From Vibrio cholerae ATCC 14035 (GTDB lineage: Bacteria > Pseudomonadota > Gammaproteobacteria > Enterobacterales > Vibrionaceae): DNA of 32,000 nucleotides. Each line of letters begins with the position of its first letter. The stretch's first letter is position 1. The position numbers were made by a program, and so were the translations under genes. Below the pieces are notes generated by a model, which saw only the letters and a program-made list of their open reading frames with translations, was not told the DNA's origin and ran no database searches. Shown piece by piece: positions 22,176-30,454 of the stretch. The stretch is taken from the NCBI RefSeq assembly GCF_000621645.1, contig NZ_JHXR01000016.1, forward strand, positions 60,001 to 92,000, written 5' to 3'.

Positions 22176-23489
22176 TTAGTGAAATTGATCTTCTTCGGTT
22201 GAGCCGGTCAGAGCCGTCACCGAACTGTTGCCGCCTTGAATGGTGTTGGTCATCTTATCGAAGTAACCCGTCCCCACTTCTTGTTGGTGCGCCACGAAGG
22301 TATAACCTTTGGATGCTGCTTCAAATTCGCGACGCTGTACCATTTCGACATAGTGACGCATACCTTCGCCTTGCGCGTAAGCGTGCGCTAACTCAAACAT
22401 GTTAAACCACATGTTGTGAATACCCGCTAACGTGATGAACTGGTACTTGTAACCCATGTCCGACAGCGCTTGCTGGAAATGGGCGATGGTTTTCGCATCG
22501 AGATTCTTTTCCCAGTTGAACGACGGTGAGCAGTTGTAAGCCAACAGTTGATCTGGGTATTGTGCATGAATCGCTTCAGCAAATTTACGCGCTTCTTCCA
22601 GATCCGGCTTCGCGGTTTCACACCACACCAAATCTGCGTAAGGTGCGTAAGCCAAGCCGCGAGAAATCGCTTGGTCAATGCCCGCGCGTACACGGTAGAA
22701 ACCTTCGGAAGTACGCTCACCGGTCACGAAATCGGCATCGTACGGATCGCTGTCTGAAGTGAGCAAATCGGCGGCGTTAGCATCGGTGCGAGCAATCACT
22801 AACGTAGTCGTGCCTGCAACATCGGCAGCCAAACGTGCTGCAATCAGTTTTTGCACCGCTTCTTGAGTCGGTACCAATACTTTGCCGCCCATGTGGCCAC
22901 ATTTTTTCACCGAAGCCAATTGGTCTTCAAAGTGAACGCCAGCAGCGCCCGCTTCAATCATAGATTTCATCAACTCATAAGCGTTGAGTACGCCACCAAA
23001 ACCGGCTTCCGCATCCGCGACGATTGGCAGGAAGTAATCAATTCCGCCTTCATCTTGTGGTGATTTGCCGTTTGACCACTGGATTTGGTCAGCGCGACGA
23101 AACGCATTATTGATGCGGCGTACGACTGACGGTACAGAATCCACTGGATAGAGAGATTGGTCTGGGTACATGGTGCCTGCGGTGTTGTTATCCGCCGCCA
23201 CTTGCCAGCCAGAGAGATAAATCGCTTCAATGCCCGCCTTGGCTTGTTGCACCGCTTGGCCGCCAGTGAGTGCGCCCAAACAGTTCACATACCCTTTTTT
23301 CGCTGAACCATTCACCAGTTCCCACAGTTTGTCTGCACCACGTTGGGCGATGGTATTGGCTGGTACAACCGAGCCGCGCAAACTCACCACTTCTTCAGCG
23401 GTGTAAGTGCGTTTCACATTTTTCCAGCGTGGGTTGGTTGCCCAATCTTTTTCTAGTGCTTCAATTTGTTGGCGACGAGTCAGTGTCAT
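22176..23489 (-). CDS. aceA: Isocitrate lyase
   Basis: 437 aa with the ICL signature KKCGHMGGK. Confidence 0.97.
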   Translation of the reverse strand: MTLTRRQQIEALEKDWATNPRWKNVKRTYTAEEVVSLRGSVVPANTIAQRGADKLWELVNGSAKKGYVNCLGALTGGQAVQQAKAGIEAIYLSGWQVAADNNTAGTMYPDQSLYPVDSVPSVVRRINNAFRRADQIQWSNGKSPQDEGGIDYFLPIVADAEAGFGGVLNAYELMKSMIEAGAAGVHFEDQLASVKKCGHMGGKVLVPTQEAVQKLIAARLAADVAGTTTLVIARTDANAADLLTSDSDPYDADFVTGERTSEGFYRVRAGIDQAISRGLAYAPYADLVWCETAKPDLEEARKFAEAIHAQYPDQLLAYNCSPSFNWEKNLDAKTIAHFQQALSDMGYKYQFITLAGIHNMWFNMFELAHAYAQGEGMRHYVEMVQRREFEAASKGYTFVAHQQEVGTGYFDKMTNTIQGGNSSVTALTGSTEEDQFH

Positions 23490-23573
23490 AATCTATCCCT
23501 CTTGTATATTGGTTGCCTGTTGGCAGCTCGATTCCTTGTTCGATCAGTACTGCGCTCGCTGATCGTAAAGTGG

Positions 23574-23610
23574 TTTCACGTTACTGGTGTTTTTTCACCT
23601 TACTGGTGTT
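23574..23610 (-). repeat. Tandem 19-bp-period direct repeat in the aceB-aceA spacer
   Basis: tttcacgttactggtgtt (23574-23591) and tttcaccttactggtgtt (23593-23610) match at 17 of 18 positions. The repeat begins 9 nt after the aceB stop on the operon mRNA. Confidence 0.6.
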
Positions 23611-23618
23611 ATAGAGGC

Positions 23619-25256
23619 CTACGGCAAGTAGTCGTAGCCCGGTATGGTTAAGAAATTCGGTAGCTCTTGACTGGTCGTTAAGCGCTCCATCAATTCGGCC
23701 GCTTCAGTAAAACGCCCTTGTGCAAAACGGGACTCACCCACTTCACTTTTCACCACCTCAATCTCTTGTTTGAGGTAGTCGCGAAACAGTTCGTTAGTGA
23801 CCACTTGCCCGTTATCTAACGTTTTGCCGTGTTGGATCCATTGCCAAATCGAAGCGCGTGAAATCTCCGCTGTCGCCGCATCTTCCATCAAGCCGTAGAT
23901 CGGCACACAACCGTTACCAGAAATCCATGCTTCGATGTATTGCAACGCAACGCGAATGTTGTGGCGCATGCCATGCTCAGAGCGTGGCCCATCGCAAGGT
24001 GCCAATAGATCGGCCGCGGTTATCGGAGCATCGGCCATTCGGCTTACATTGAGTTGGTTTTTGCGCTCACCAAGCACTTCGTTAAACACCGCCATCGCGG
24101 TATCCGCTAAACCGGGGTGAGCAACCCAAGTGCCATCGTGGCCATTGGTCGCTTCAAGCATTTTGTCGCCGCGAATTTTTTGTAGCACTTGCTCATTGAG
24201 CGCAGGATCTTTGGCTGGAATAAACGCCGCCATCCCGCCCATCGCAAACGCGCCGCGTTTATGACAGGTGTAAATCAACAAACGGGAATACGCATTGAGG
24301 AAAGGCTTATCCATGGTCACCACTTGGCGATCCGGCAATACGCGGTCGGGATGCTTTTTCAAGGTTTTGATGTAGCTGAAAATATAATCCCAGCGTCCAC
24401 AGTTCAGACCGACAATGTGCTCTTTGAGTGAGAAGAGGATCTCATCCATCTGAAATACCGCAGGCAGAGTTTCAATCAACACTGTTGCTTTGATGGTGCC
24501 TGTGTCTAAACCAAAATAATCTTCCGTGAAATGGAACACGTCACTCCACCACTGCGCCTCTTGATAAGCTTGCAGCTTAGGTAGGTAGAAATAAGGGCCA
24601 CTGCCTTTTTTCAACAGTGCGCGATGGTTGTTGTAAAAATAGAGCGCAAAATCGAACAGTGAACTGGGAATCGCCAAGCCGTTGTAAGTGACATGTTTTT
24701 CTTTGAGATGCAGACCGCGCACGCGGCAGATAAGCACCGCTGGGTTGGCATTGAGCTCATAACGCTTGCCATTATCTGGGTTGGTATAGCTTATGCAGCC
24801 CAGAATCGCATCACGCAGGTTGATCTGCCCATCCAACACCTTGTCCCACGCGGGCGACATCGAATCTTCAAAGTCAGCCATAAAGACTTTCACATTCGCG
24901 TTCAGTGCATTAATCACCATTTTGCGATCGATTGGCCCCGTGATCTCTACGCGACGATCTTGCAGATCGTCTGGAATGCCGAGAATCTTCCAGCTTCCTT
25001 CACGGATATCTTTGGTTTCGGCAAGAAAATCAGGTAGCTGGCCTTGGTCGATAAGCGTTTGTTTTTGTTCACGCAAGTTCAGCAATTCATCAACTCGCGG
25101 CGCAAAGCGCTCACAGAGTTGCTGTAAAAAAGTTTGGGCTTCGACAGGGAAAATCGCTTGATGTTCGGGTGAAAGGGTACCCACCACAGCAAGCTTGCCT
25201 TGGGTGATTTTGGTTTCCGTGGTGTGTTGGGTTAATTCAGCAGTATTGATTGACAT
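23619..25256 (-). CDS. aceB: Malate synthase A
   Basis: Start moved from 25289 to ATG 25254-25256 (MSINTAEL...) with an aaggaagg SD, giving 545 aa. There are long collinear matches to E. coli AceB as I recall it (RRVEITGP..RKMVINALNANVKVFMADFEDS). Confidence 0.95.
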   Translation of the reverse strand: MSINTAELTQHTTETKITQGKLAVVGTLSPEHQAIFPVEAQTFLQQLCERFAPRVDELLNLREQKQTLIDQGQLPDFLAETKDIREGSWKILGIPDDLQDRRVEITGPIDRKMVINALNANVKVFMADFEDSMSPAWDKVLDGQINLRDAILGCISYTNPDNGKRYELNANPAVLICRVRGLHLKEKHVTYNGLAIPSSLFDFALYFYNNHRALLKKGSGPYFYLPKLQAYQEAQWWSDVFHFTEDYFGLDTGTIKATVLIETLPAVFQMDEILFSLKEHIVGLNCGRWDYIFSYIKTLKKHPDRVLPDRQVVTMDKPFLNAYSRLLIYTCHKRGAFAMGGMAAFIPAKDPALNEQVLQKIRGDKMLEATNGHDGTWVAHPGLADTAMAVFNEVLGERKNQLNVSRMADAPITAADLLAPCDGPRSEHGMRHNIRVALQYIEAWISGNGCVPIYGLMEDAATAEISRASIWQWIQHGKTLDNGQVVTNELFRDYLKQEIEVVKSEVGESRFAQGRFTEAAELMERLTTSQELPNFLTIPGYDYLP

Positions 25257-25679
25257 AAATTCCTTCCTTGAAACACTCACCAAGAACATTTGTAACTTTA
25301 AAACTACAAATTTTCATTATTCAGTTGGCTTATCCGTTGTGATTTAAAGTCACTTAAATTGCGCACTTTTGCAAGACTCCGGGCACTAGACATAAGTCTT
25401 AACAATGCCAATAAACCTTAACCCACAAAGCACCAACAAGAAAGAGCAAAAGTTAACCCAAGGTTAAATTCGAAGTTTTATTCGGTTGCCACCCCCACAC
25501 AATTCACACACCAAAATACGTAAGTTATTACGTAATTTAATTACACAAAAATTGACATTGAAAATAGCACTTAAACAAGTGTTTAAATTTATCCTTACGG
25601 TATAAAAGGTCGGAATGACTGGCTTAGAGCGGAACCCATCGTCTGTAATTAAAACAGCGTTACGGTCAGGATATGTAAA

Positions 25680-25694
25680 ATTCACATTGTGAAT
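25680..25694. promoter_or_regulatory. Perfect 15-bp palindrome ATTCACA-T-TGTGAAT (candidate operator, regulator unknown)
   Basis: Read directly from the sequence. It shares the TGTGAA half-site with the palindrome at 25730-25745. It lies in the long aceB upstream region. Confidence 0.3.
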
Positions 25695-25729
25695 ATTTAC
25701 AATTTTATGAAAGCCCCACCAATTTTGAC

Positions 25730-25745
25730 TTGTGAAATTTCACAA
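25730..25745. promoter_or_regulatory. Perfect 16-bp palindrome TTGTGAAATTTCACAA (candidate operator, regulator unknown)
   Basis: Read directly from the sequence. It lies 30 nt downstream (minus sense) of the oxyR terminator and about 475 nt upstream of the aceB ATG. Confidence 0.3.
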
Positions 25746-25774
25746 TTAAAAAATCACTAACCACACAAAATGCT

Positions 25775-25800
25775 AAAAAGCGCATCGTTGACAATGCGCT
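25775..25800 (-). terminator. Rho-independent terminator of oxyR
   Basis: Stem agcgcat (25779-25785) / atgcgct (25794-25800). On the minus strand it is followed by TTTTT (A run ending at 25779). It lies 40 nt after the oxyR stop. Confidence 0.8.
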
Positions 25801-25839
25801 TTCACTAGTCCATAGCAGAATTATCACTACGACCAATCG

Positions 25840-26745
25840 CTATAACAGCTCAGCCACTATCTCAGCTAACTGGCGAAAAGTGTGAATTCGGGAAGAACTT
25901 GGACGCCACACTAGGCCGATTTCTCGGTAAGCTTTTTGCCCAGGAGGGTCGATCACCACCAGATTTTGGTTATCCAGCAAACCGTGGTCGATGGCCATTT
26001 GCGGAATAAAAGTCGTACCTAAGCCATTGGCCACCATTTGCACTAAGGTATGCAAACTGGCCGCGGTAAATGGATTAATCTTCTCTTTATCGGTGAGCTT
26101 ACAAGCCGATACGGCATGTTCAGTTAAACAGTGCTCGTTTTCGAGTAAAAACACCGATTCATCGGGTAGATCAGCGTAGCGGATCGGCACGCGGATCTGA
26201 TTAACTTGGTTACGGCTGATCACCATACGAAACGGATCTTGCCCCACCACATAGCTCTCCATATTGCCAATATCGACGGGTAAGGCGAGGATCAACACAT
26301 CCAGTTCACCACTGCGCAAGGCGGAAAGCAGATTTGCCGTGGTATCTTCGCGCAACAATAAGTGCAATTTAGGGTAACGCTGGTTAATCTCTTGGACTAA
26401 ATCACACAACAAAAACGGCGCAATGGTTGGAATGCACCCCAAACGCAATTGCCCTTCCATGGTGTCACCTTGGCACAACTTACCAAGCTCGACTAAATCT
26501 TGCCCCTTGGCGAGCAATTCTCGCCCCTGCTTGACCACCAACTCTCCGACCCGAGTAAATACCAGAGGGCTTTTCTTATCTTGCTTTTCATACAAGGAAC
26601 AGCCGATCAACTCTTCAAGGTTTTGAATGCCTTTACTTAAGGTCGATTGACTGACAAAGCAACGCTCAGCCGCCTCACTAAAATGGCGGGTTTCATAAAG
26701 TGTCACCAAATAAGATAACTGCTTGAGGCTTGGCCATTTATTCAT
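25840..26745 (-). CDS. oxyR: LysR-family hydrogen peroxide sensor/regulator OxyR
   Basis: 301 aa with an N-terminal LysR HTH (FSEAAERCFVSQSTLSKGIQNLE) and the redox pair Cys-x8-Cys (HCLTEHAVSAC), equivalent to C199/C208 of E. coli OxyR. It is divergent from a peroxiredoxin gene. Confidence 0.92.
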   Translation of the reverse strand: MNKWPSLKQLSYLVTLYETRHFSEAAERCFVSQSTLSKGIQNLEELIGCSLYEKQDKKSPLVFTRVGELVVKQGRELLAKGQDLVELGKLCQGDTMEGQLRLGCIPTIAPFLLCDLVQEINQRYPKLHLLLREDTTANLLSALRSGELDVLILALPVDIGNMESYVVGQDPFRMVISRNQVNQIRVPIRYADLPDESVFLLENEHCLTEHAVSACKLTDKEKINPFTAASLHTLVQMVANGLGTTFIPQMAIDHGLLDNQNLVVIDPPGQKAYREIGLVWRPSSSRIHTFRQLAEIVAELL

Positions 26746-26821
26746 ACATCTTCCATCCTCTCATCAAAAACCGCGCTAAAAACATCATGGTACCTAGGCA
26801 CTACTGACCTCACCGAGACTT

Positions 26822-26858
26822 ATCGCTTTTTTCGATTAACTTAATCTAATTAATTCAT
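26822..26858. promoter_or_regulatory. Candidate OxyR binding site in the oxyR-prxA divergent region
   Basis: ATCG-N7-CGAT-N7-ATCT-N7-TCAT has the spacing of the OxyR consensus ATAG-N7-CTAT-N7-ATAG-N7-CTAT and matches 10 of the 16 specified bases. It lies 77 nt upstream of the oxyR ATG and 108 nt upstream of the prxA ATG. Confidence 0.5.
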
Positions 26859-26966
26859 TTTTTACTTTGTCTACTTTGTACTATATTTCTCCTCGTTATT
26901 CACGGACTGAATTATGAACTCAACGCACATAGTTCAGTACTTACAAAATTGCTTAGGAGCAAAAAA

Positions 26967-27572
26967 ATGGTACTAGTTGGTCGCAAAGCCCCTGATTTTA
27001 CTGCAGCTGCTGTTCTTGGTAACGGTGAAATCGTTGATAACTTCAACTTCGCAGAATTTACAAAAGGTAAGAAAGCGGTTGTTTTCTTCTACCCACTAGA
27101 CTTCACTTTCGTTTGCCCATCTGAACTGATTGCATTCGACAACCGTTACGAAGACTTCCTTGCTAAAGGTGTAGAAGTGATCGGTGTTTCTATCGACTCT
27201 CAGTTCTCTCACAACGCATGGCGTAACACTGCTGTTGAAAACGGCGGTATCGGTCAAGTGAAATACCCACTGGTTGCAGACGTTAAACACGAAATCTGTA
27301 AAGCTTACGATGTTGAGCACCCAGAAGCTGGCGTGGCTTTCCGTGGTTCATTCCTGATCGACGAAGAAGGCATGGTTCGTCACCAAGTAGTGAACGATCT
27401 GCCACTGGGTCGTAACATCGACGAAATGCTACGTATGGTTGATGCACTGAACTTCCACCAAACTCACGGTGAAGTGTGCCCAGCACAATGGGAAGCAGGC
27501 AAAGCAGGTATGGAAGCATCTCCAAAAGGCGTTGCAGCATTCCTGTCTCAATACTCTGCTGACCTAAAATAA
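26967..27572 (+). CDS. prxA: Typical 2-Cys peroxiredoxin (AhpC/Prx1 subfamily)
   Basis: Start moved from 26949 to ATG 26967 (MVLVGRKAPDF...) with an aggag SD, giving 201 aa. The peroxidatic Cys is in FTFVCPSE and the resolving Cys in EVCPAQW. No ahpF follows. The symbol prxA is the V. cholerae name as I recall it. Confidence 0.93.
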   Translation: MVLVGRKAPDFTAAAVLGNGEIVDNFNFAEFTKGKKAVVFFYPLDFTFVCPSELIAFDNRYEDFLAKGVEVIGVSIDSQFSHNAWRNTAVENGGIGQVKYPLVADVKHEICKAYDVEHPEAGVAFRGSFLIDEEGMVRHQVVNDLPLGRNIDEMLRMVDALNFHQTHGEVCPAQWEAGKAGMEASPKGVAAFLSQYSADLK

Positions 27573-27656
27573 GACTCTTAACCCCGCGCTCAACACGGGT
27601 GGTTGGAAATAATAAAGCGAAAACGCTACGCCAATCAGTTAAGAAGTAAAGTCATC

Positions 27657-27686
27657 AAAAGCCCAAAGCACTGCTTTGGGCTTTTT
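27657..27686 (+). terminator. Rho-independent terminator of prxA
   Basis: Stem gcccaaagc (27661-27669) / gctttgggc (27673-27681) followed by TTTTT (27682-27686). Confidence 0.88.
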
Positions 27687-27710
27687 CTATTCTTCATTTC
27701 ACCGAATCTG

Positions 27711-27802
27711 TCCCACACTTAAACGAGATGACTTGCTATGTAGTGGCCGCTAAGCAGCAGGAATGAGATATCCCTCCTGCAGCTTCAAGTAGGAAGGGTA
27801 TA
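27711..27802 (+). repeat. Shortened ERIC-type repeat (copy 3, central part missing; left boundary uncertain)
   Basis: The right end cctgcagcttcaagtaggaagggtata (27776-27802) matches the right ends of copies 1 and 2 (ctgcag.ttcaagtaggaaggg). The left part (aaacga..acttgc.atgtagtggccgc) aligns only loosely with the left arm. The ERIC core is absent. Confidence 0.45.
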
Positions 27803-27906
27803 AATGGGTAATTCGGGTCTTAAACTTTACCCCTATTCTTGCGCATTCTGCGCGATATCTGCTGCTATGATACTGCCATTTCCTTTATCCAACCGGAGTT
27901 AACCTG

Positions 27907-28671
27907 ATGAAATATCAAGTTGAAGTCTGTATCGACAATATCGAATCCCTGCATAACGCCATCGCGGGAGGCGCAACCCGTATTGAGCTTTGTTCATCCC
28001 TTGCGCTAGGTGGATTAACCCCTAGTGCCGGGTTGATGTACAGCGCAGGCAGAGTGTCACCGATTCCGGCTTACGCAATGATCAGACCAAGAGAAGGGGA
28101 TTTTTTCTATCACGATGATGAACTCAGCATTATGGCGCAGGACATTCGTACGGCGCATCAAGCAAACTTACAAGGCGTGGTACTAGGGTTACTCAATGCC
28201 GATGGCACGATTGATGTGAAACGCAGCAAACCTTTAATCGAACTTGCTCACTCCCTCGGGTTAGGTGTGACGTTTCACCGCGCATTTGACCACTGTGTAA
28301 ACCCTGAACACGCGTTAGAAGAGATCATTGCGCTCGGTTGTGAACGCATTTTGACCTCAGGCTTGGCGCGCAACGCTTATCTGGGTATTGAACGTTTAGC
28401 GCAACTGGTCAAACAGAGTGCTGGGCGCATTTCAATCATGGCAGGCGCTGGGATCAATGCGCAGAATGTGGCTGAAATTGCGTTAGCCACCGGGGTCAAT
28501 GAGCTGCATTTATCCGCGAAAACCACGCGTCCGAGCGAGATGCTGTTTATTCGCTCGGAGAGCAAAATGGGCGCGGCGGACTGTGATGATTTTATTATCC
28601 CGGTGACCAGCCGCGATGCGTTACAGCAAACCGTACACGCTCTGGCAGCACTCAATTCTGTCCTACATTAA
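27907..28671 (+). CDS. cutC: Copper homeostasis protein CutC family
   Basis: 254 aa with a typical CutC N-terminus ([35 protein letters not shown]) and TIM-barrel length. A ggag SD is present. Confidence 0.92.
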   Translation: MKYQVEVCIDNIESLHNAIAGGATRIELCSSLALGGLTPSAGLMYSAGRVSPIPAYAMIRPREGDFFYHDDELSIMAQDIRTAHQANLQGVVLGLLNADGTIDVKRSKPLIELAHSLGLGVTFHRAFDHCVNPEHALEEIIALGCERILTSGLARNAYLGIERLAQLVKQSAGRISIMAGAGINAQNVAEIALATGVNELHLSAKTTRPSEMLFIRSESKMGAADCDDFIIPVTSRDALQQTVHALAALNSVLH

Positions 28672-28675
28672 TGAT

Positions 28676-28802
28676 GTATACCCAAACGACTTGGCGTTGC
28701 AGGTAGGCGGCAAGTGAGTTCATCCCCATGAGCATAGATAAACGATGTGATTGGGGTGAACGAACGTAGCCAACACCGCTGCAGTTTCAAGTAGGAAGGG
28801 GA
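28676..28802 (+). repeat. ERIC/IRU-type intergenic repeat, full-length copy 2
   Basis: It starts 5 nt after the cutC stop. The core gttcatccccatgagcatagat / aacgatgtgattggggtgaacg is about three quarters identical to the reverse complement of primer ERIC1R (GTGAATCCCCAGGAGCTTACAT) and to primer ERIC2 (AAGTAAGTGACTGGGGTGAGCG). It aligns over its full length with 6300-6429. Confidence 0.82.
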
Positions 28803-28873
28803 AAATACGATCATCCGCCACGGAACTTCGCCGCTCCCACTGCTATGCTTAACCTAGCAAAGGAGAGAATGCG

Positions 28874-29650
28874 ATGGCGAAATTGGATAAGAAAGTCTAC
28901 GAACGTGAATTAGAGCTGCTGCAAATTGAGCTAGTCAAACTGCAAGAGTGGGTGAAACAAGAAAAGCTCAAGCTAGTGGTTATTTTTGAAGGACGCGATG
29001 CCGCGGGAAAAGGTGGAGTGATCAAAACCATCACCGAGAAACTCAATCCGCGGGTATGCCGTGTGGCCGCCCTCCCGGCCCCCACCGAAAAAGAGAAAAC
29101 CCAATGGTATTTTCAGCGCTACGTCGCCCATCTTCCGGCCGGTGGTGAAATTGTCTTGTTTGACCGCAGTTGGTACAACCGCGCGGGAGTCGAAAAGGTG
29201 ATGGGCTTTTGCAGCGATGAAGAGTATCAAGAATTTCTGCGCTCTTGCCCTGAATTTGAACGCATGCTGCAACGTTCTGGGATCATCTTACTCAAATACT
29301 GGTTTTCAGTATCCGATGAAGAGCAAGAGCGGCGCTTTATCGAGCGGATTAATACGCCACTCAAACGCTGGAAATTCAGTCCAATGGATCTCGAGTCTCG
29401 TCAGCGCTGGGCAGCCTATTCGAGAGCTAAAGATGAGATGTTTGCTTACACCGATACCAAACACTGCCCGTGGTGGGTGGTGCCTTCGGATGACAAAAAG
29501 CGCGCTCGCCTCAACTGCATCAGCCACCTACTCAGTAGTGTTGAGTATCAAGAGATTGAGCATGCGCAGATCTCTCTGCCGGAAATCAATAAGCAAGGTT
29601 ACGTACGCCCCCCCATCGAAGACCAAACCTTTGTTCCACAGCGCTACTAA
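28874..29650 (+). CDS. ppk2: Polyphosphate kinase 2 (single-domain PPK2)
   Basis: 258 aa with the PPK2 Walker A GRDAAGKGG and the FDRSWYNRAGVE motif. An aaggagag SD is present. Confidence 0.92.
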   Translation: MAKLDKKVYERELELLQIELVKLQEWVKQEKLKLVVIFEGRDAAGKGGVIKTITEKLNPRVCRVAALPAPTEKEKTQWYFQRYVAHLPAGGEIVLFDRSWYNRAGVEKVMGFCSDEEYQEFLRSCPEFERMLQRSGIILLKYWFSVSDEEQERRFIERINTPLKRWKFSPMDLESRQRWAAYSRAKDEMFAYTDTKHCPWWVVPSDDKKRARLNCISHLLSSVEYQEIEHAQISLPEINKQGYVRPPIEDQTFVPQRY

Positions 29651-29666
29651 TCCTCTACCTACAAAC

Positions 29667-29701
29667 TCCGTCAATTTGCTGCTCAACGGCAAGTTGACGG
29701 A
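29667..29701. terminator. Long hairpin between convergent ppk2 and phoU (probable shared terminator)
   Basis: tccgtcaatttgct / ggcaagttgacgga form a roughly 14-bp stem including G-U pairs, with a 7-nt loop. On the minus strand it is followed by GTTTGT, and there is no T run on the plus strand. It lies 10 nt after the phoU stop and 17 nt after the ppk2 stop. Confidence 0.5.
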
Positions 29702-29710
29702 CAGCGCCGC

Positions 29711-30421
29711 TTACAAACTCGGCTTTTTTAGCACATCGTCGATCCCTTGATCGCCAAGATGGCGCACATCCTTACCTTTCACAAAGTAGATGATGTATTC
29801 GCAGATGTTTTGACAGCGATCGCCAACTCGCTCAATCGCACGCGCCGACCAAATGACTTGCAGAATGTGGGGAATGTTTTTCGGATCTTCCATCATGTAG
29901 GTCATCAACTGACGTACGACCGCTTCGTACTCTTTATCCAACCTATCATCTTGTTTATAGATTTCCGCTGCGGCTTCTACATCCATCCGCGCAAACGCAT
30001 CAAGCACTTGATGCAACATGGCAATCGCTTGGCGACACAAAGGCTCAAGTGAAACTTGGAATTGGTGCTGTTTGGCCGGTGGACGTTCGATGGCGATATA
30101 AGCCATCTTAGTCGCAGAATCGCCAATCCGTTCCAGATCGGTAATGGTTTTGATGATCGCCATAATAAGGCGCAAATCTTTAGCGGTCGGCTGACGTTTA
30201 GCAATAATGCGCGTACACGCCTCATCAATCGAGACTTCCATCGCGTTGACTTTGTGATCGTCGGCAATCACACGGCGCGCCAGTTTTTCATCATCTTCAT
30301 GCAAGGCCTGCATGGCTAAGGTCAACTGCTGCTCGACTAAGCCGCCCATCGTCAATACTTGGCTACGAATGGACTCCAATTCCACATTGAACTGACCTGA
30401 AATATGTCGACCGAACTGCAT
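29711..30421 (-). CDS. phoU: Phosphate signalling complex protein PhoU
   Basis: 236 aa. The N-terminus [28 protein letters not shown] is typical, and the two PhoU repeats carry ERIGD and ERVGD motifs. Confidence 0.96.
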   Translation of the reverse strand: MQFGRHISGQFNVELESIRSQVLTMGGLVEQQLTLAMQALHEDDEKLARRVIADDHKVNAMEVSIDEACTRIIAKRQPTAKDLRLIMAIIKTITDLERIGDSATKMAYIAIERPPAKQHQFQVSLEPLCRQAIAMLHQVLDAFARMDVEAAAEIYKQDDRLDKEYEAVVRQLMTYMMEDPKNIPHILQVIWSARAIERVGDRCQNICEYIIYFVKGKDVRHLGDQGIDDVLKKPSL

Positions 30422-30454
30422 GGCATATCCTTACTAAACTGGCTGAAAAATTGC

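Noticed and set aside
25464-25685. 73-aa minus-strand ORF in the aceB upstream region
   Set aside because: Its ATG sits inside the 15-bp palindrome with no SD. Its codons are AT-rich and unlike the neighbouring genes. The translation (…CELCGGGNRIKLRI) shows no recognisable features.
25680-25745. Reading the TGTGA/TCACA palindromes as CRP (or FNR) sites
   Set aside because: CRP needs TGTGA-N6-TCACA, and FNR has the same geometry. Here the half-sites are separated by 4 nt (25730-25745) or are in the inverted order with 1 nt between them (25680-25694). Neither fits the canonical geometry.
28803-28873. Pho box upstream of ppk2
   Set aside because: No CTGTCAT-type direct repeats with 11-bp phasing are present in the 70 nt between the ERIC copy and the ppk2 start.
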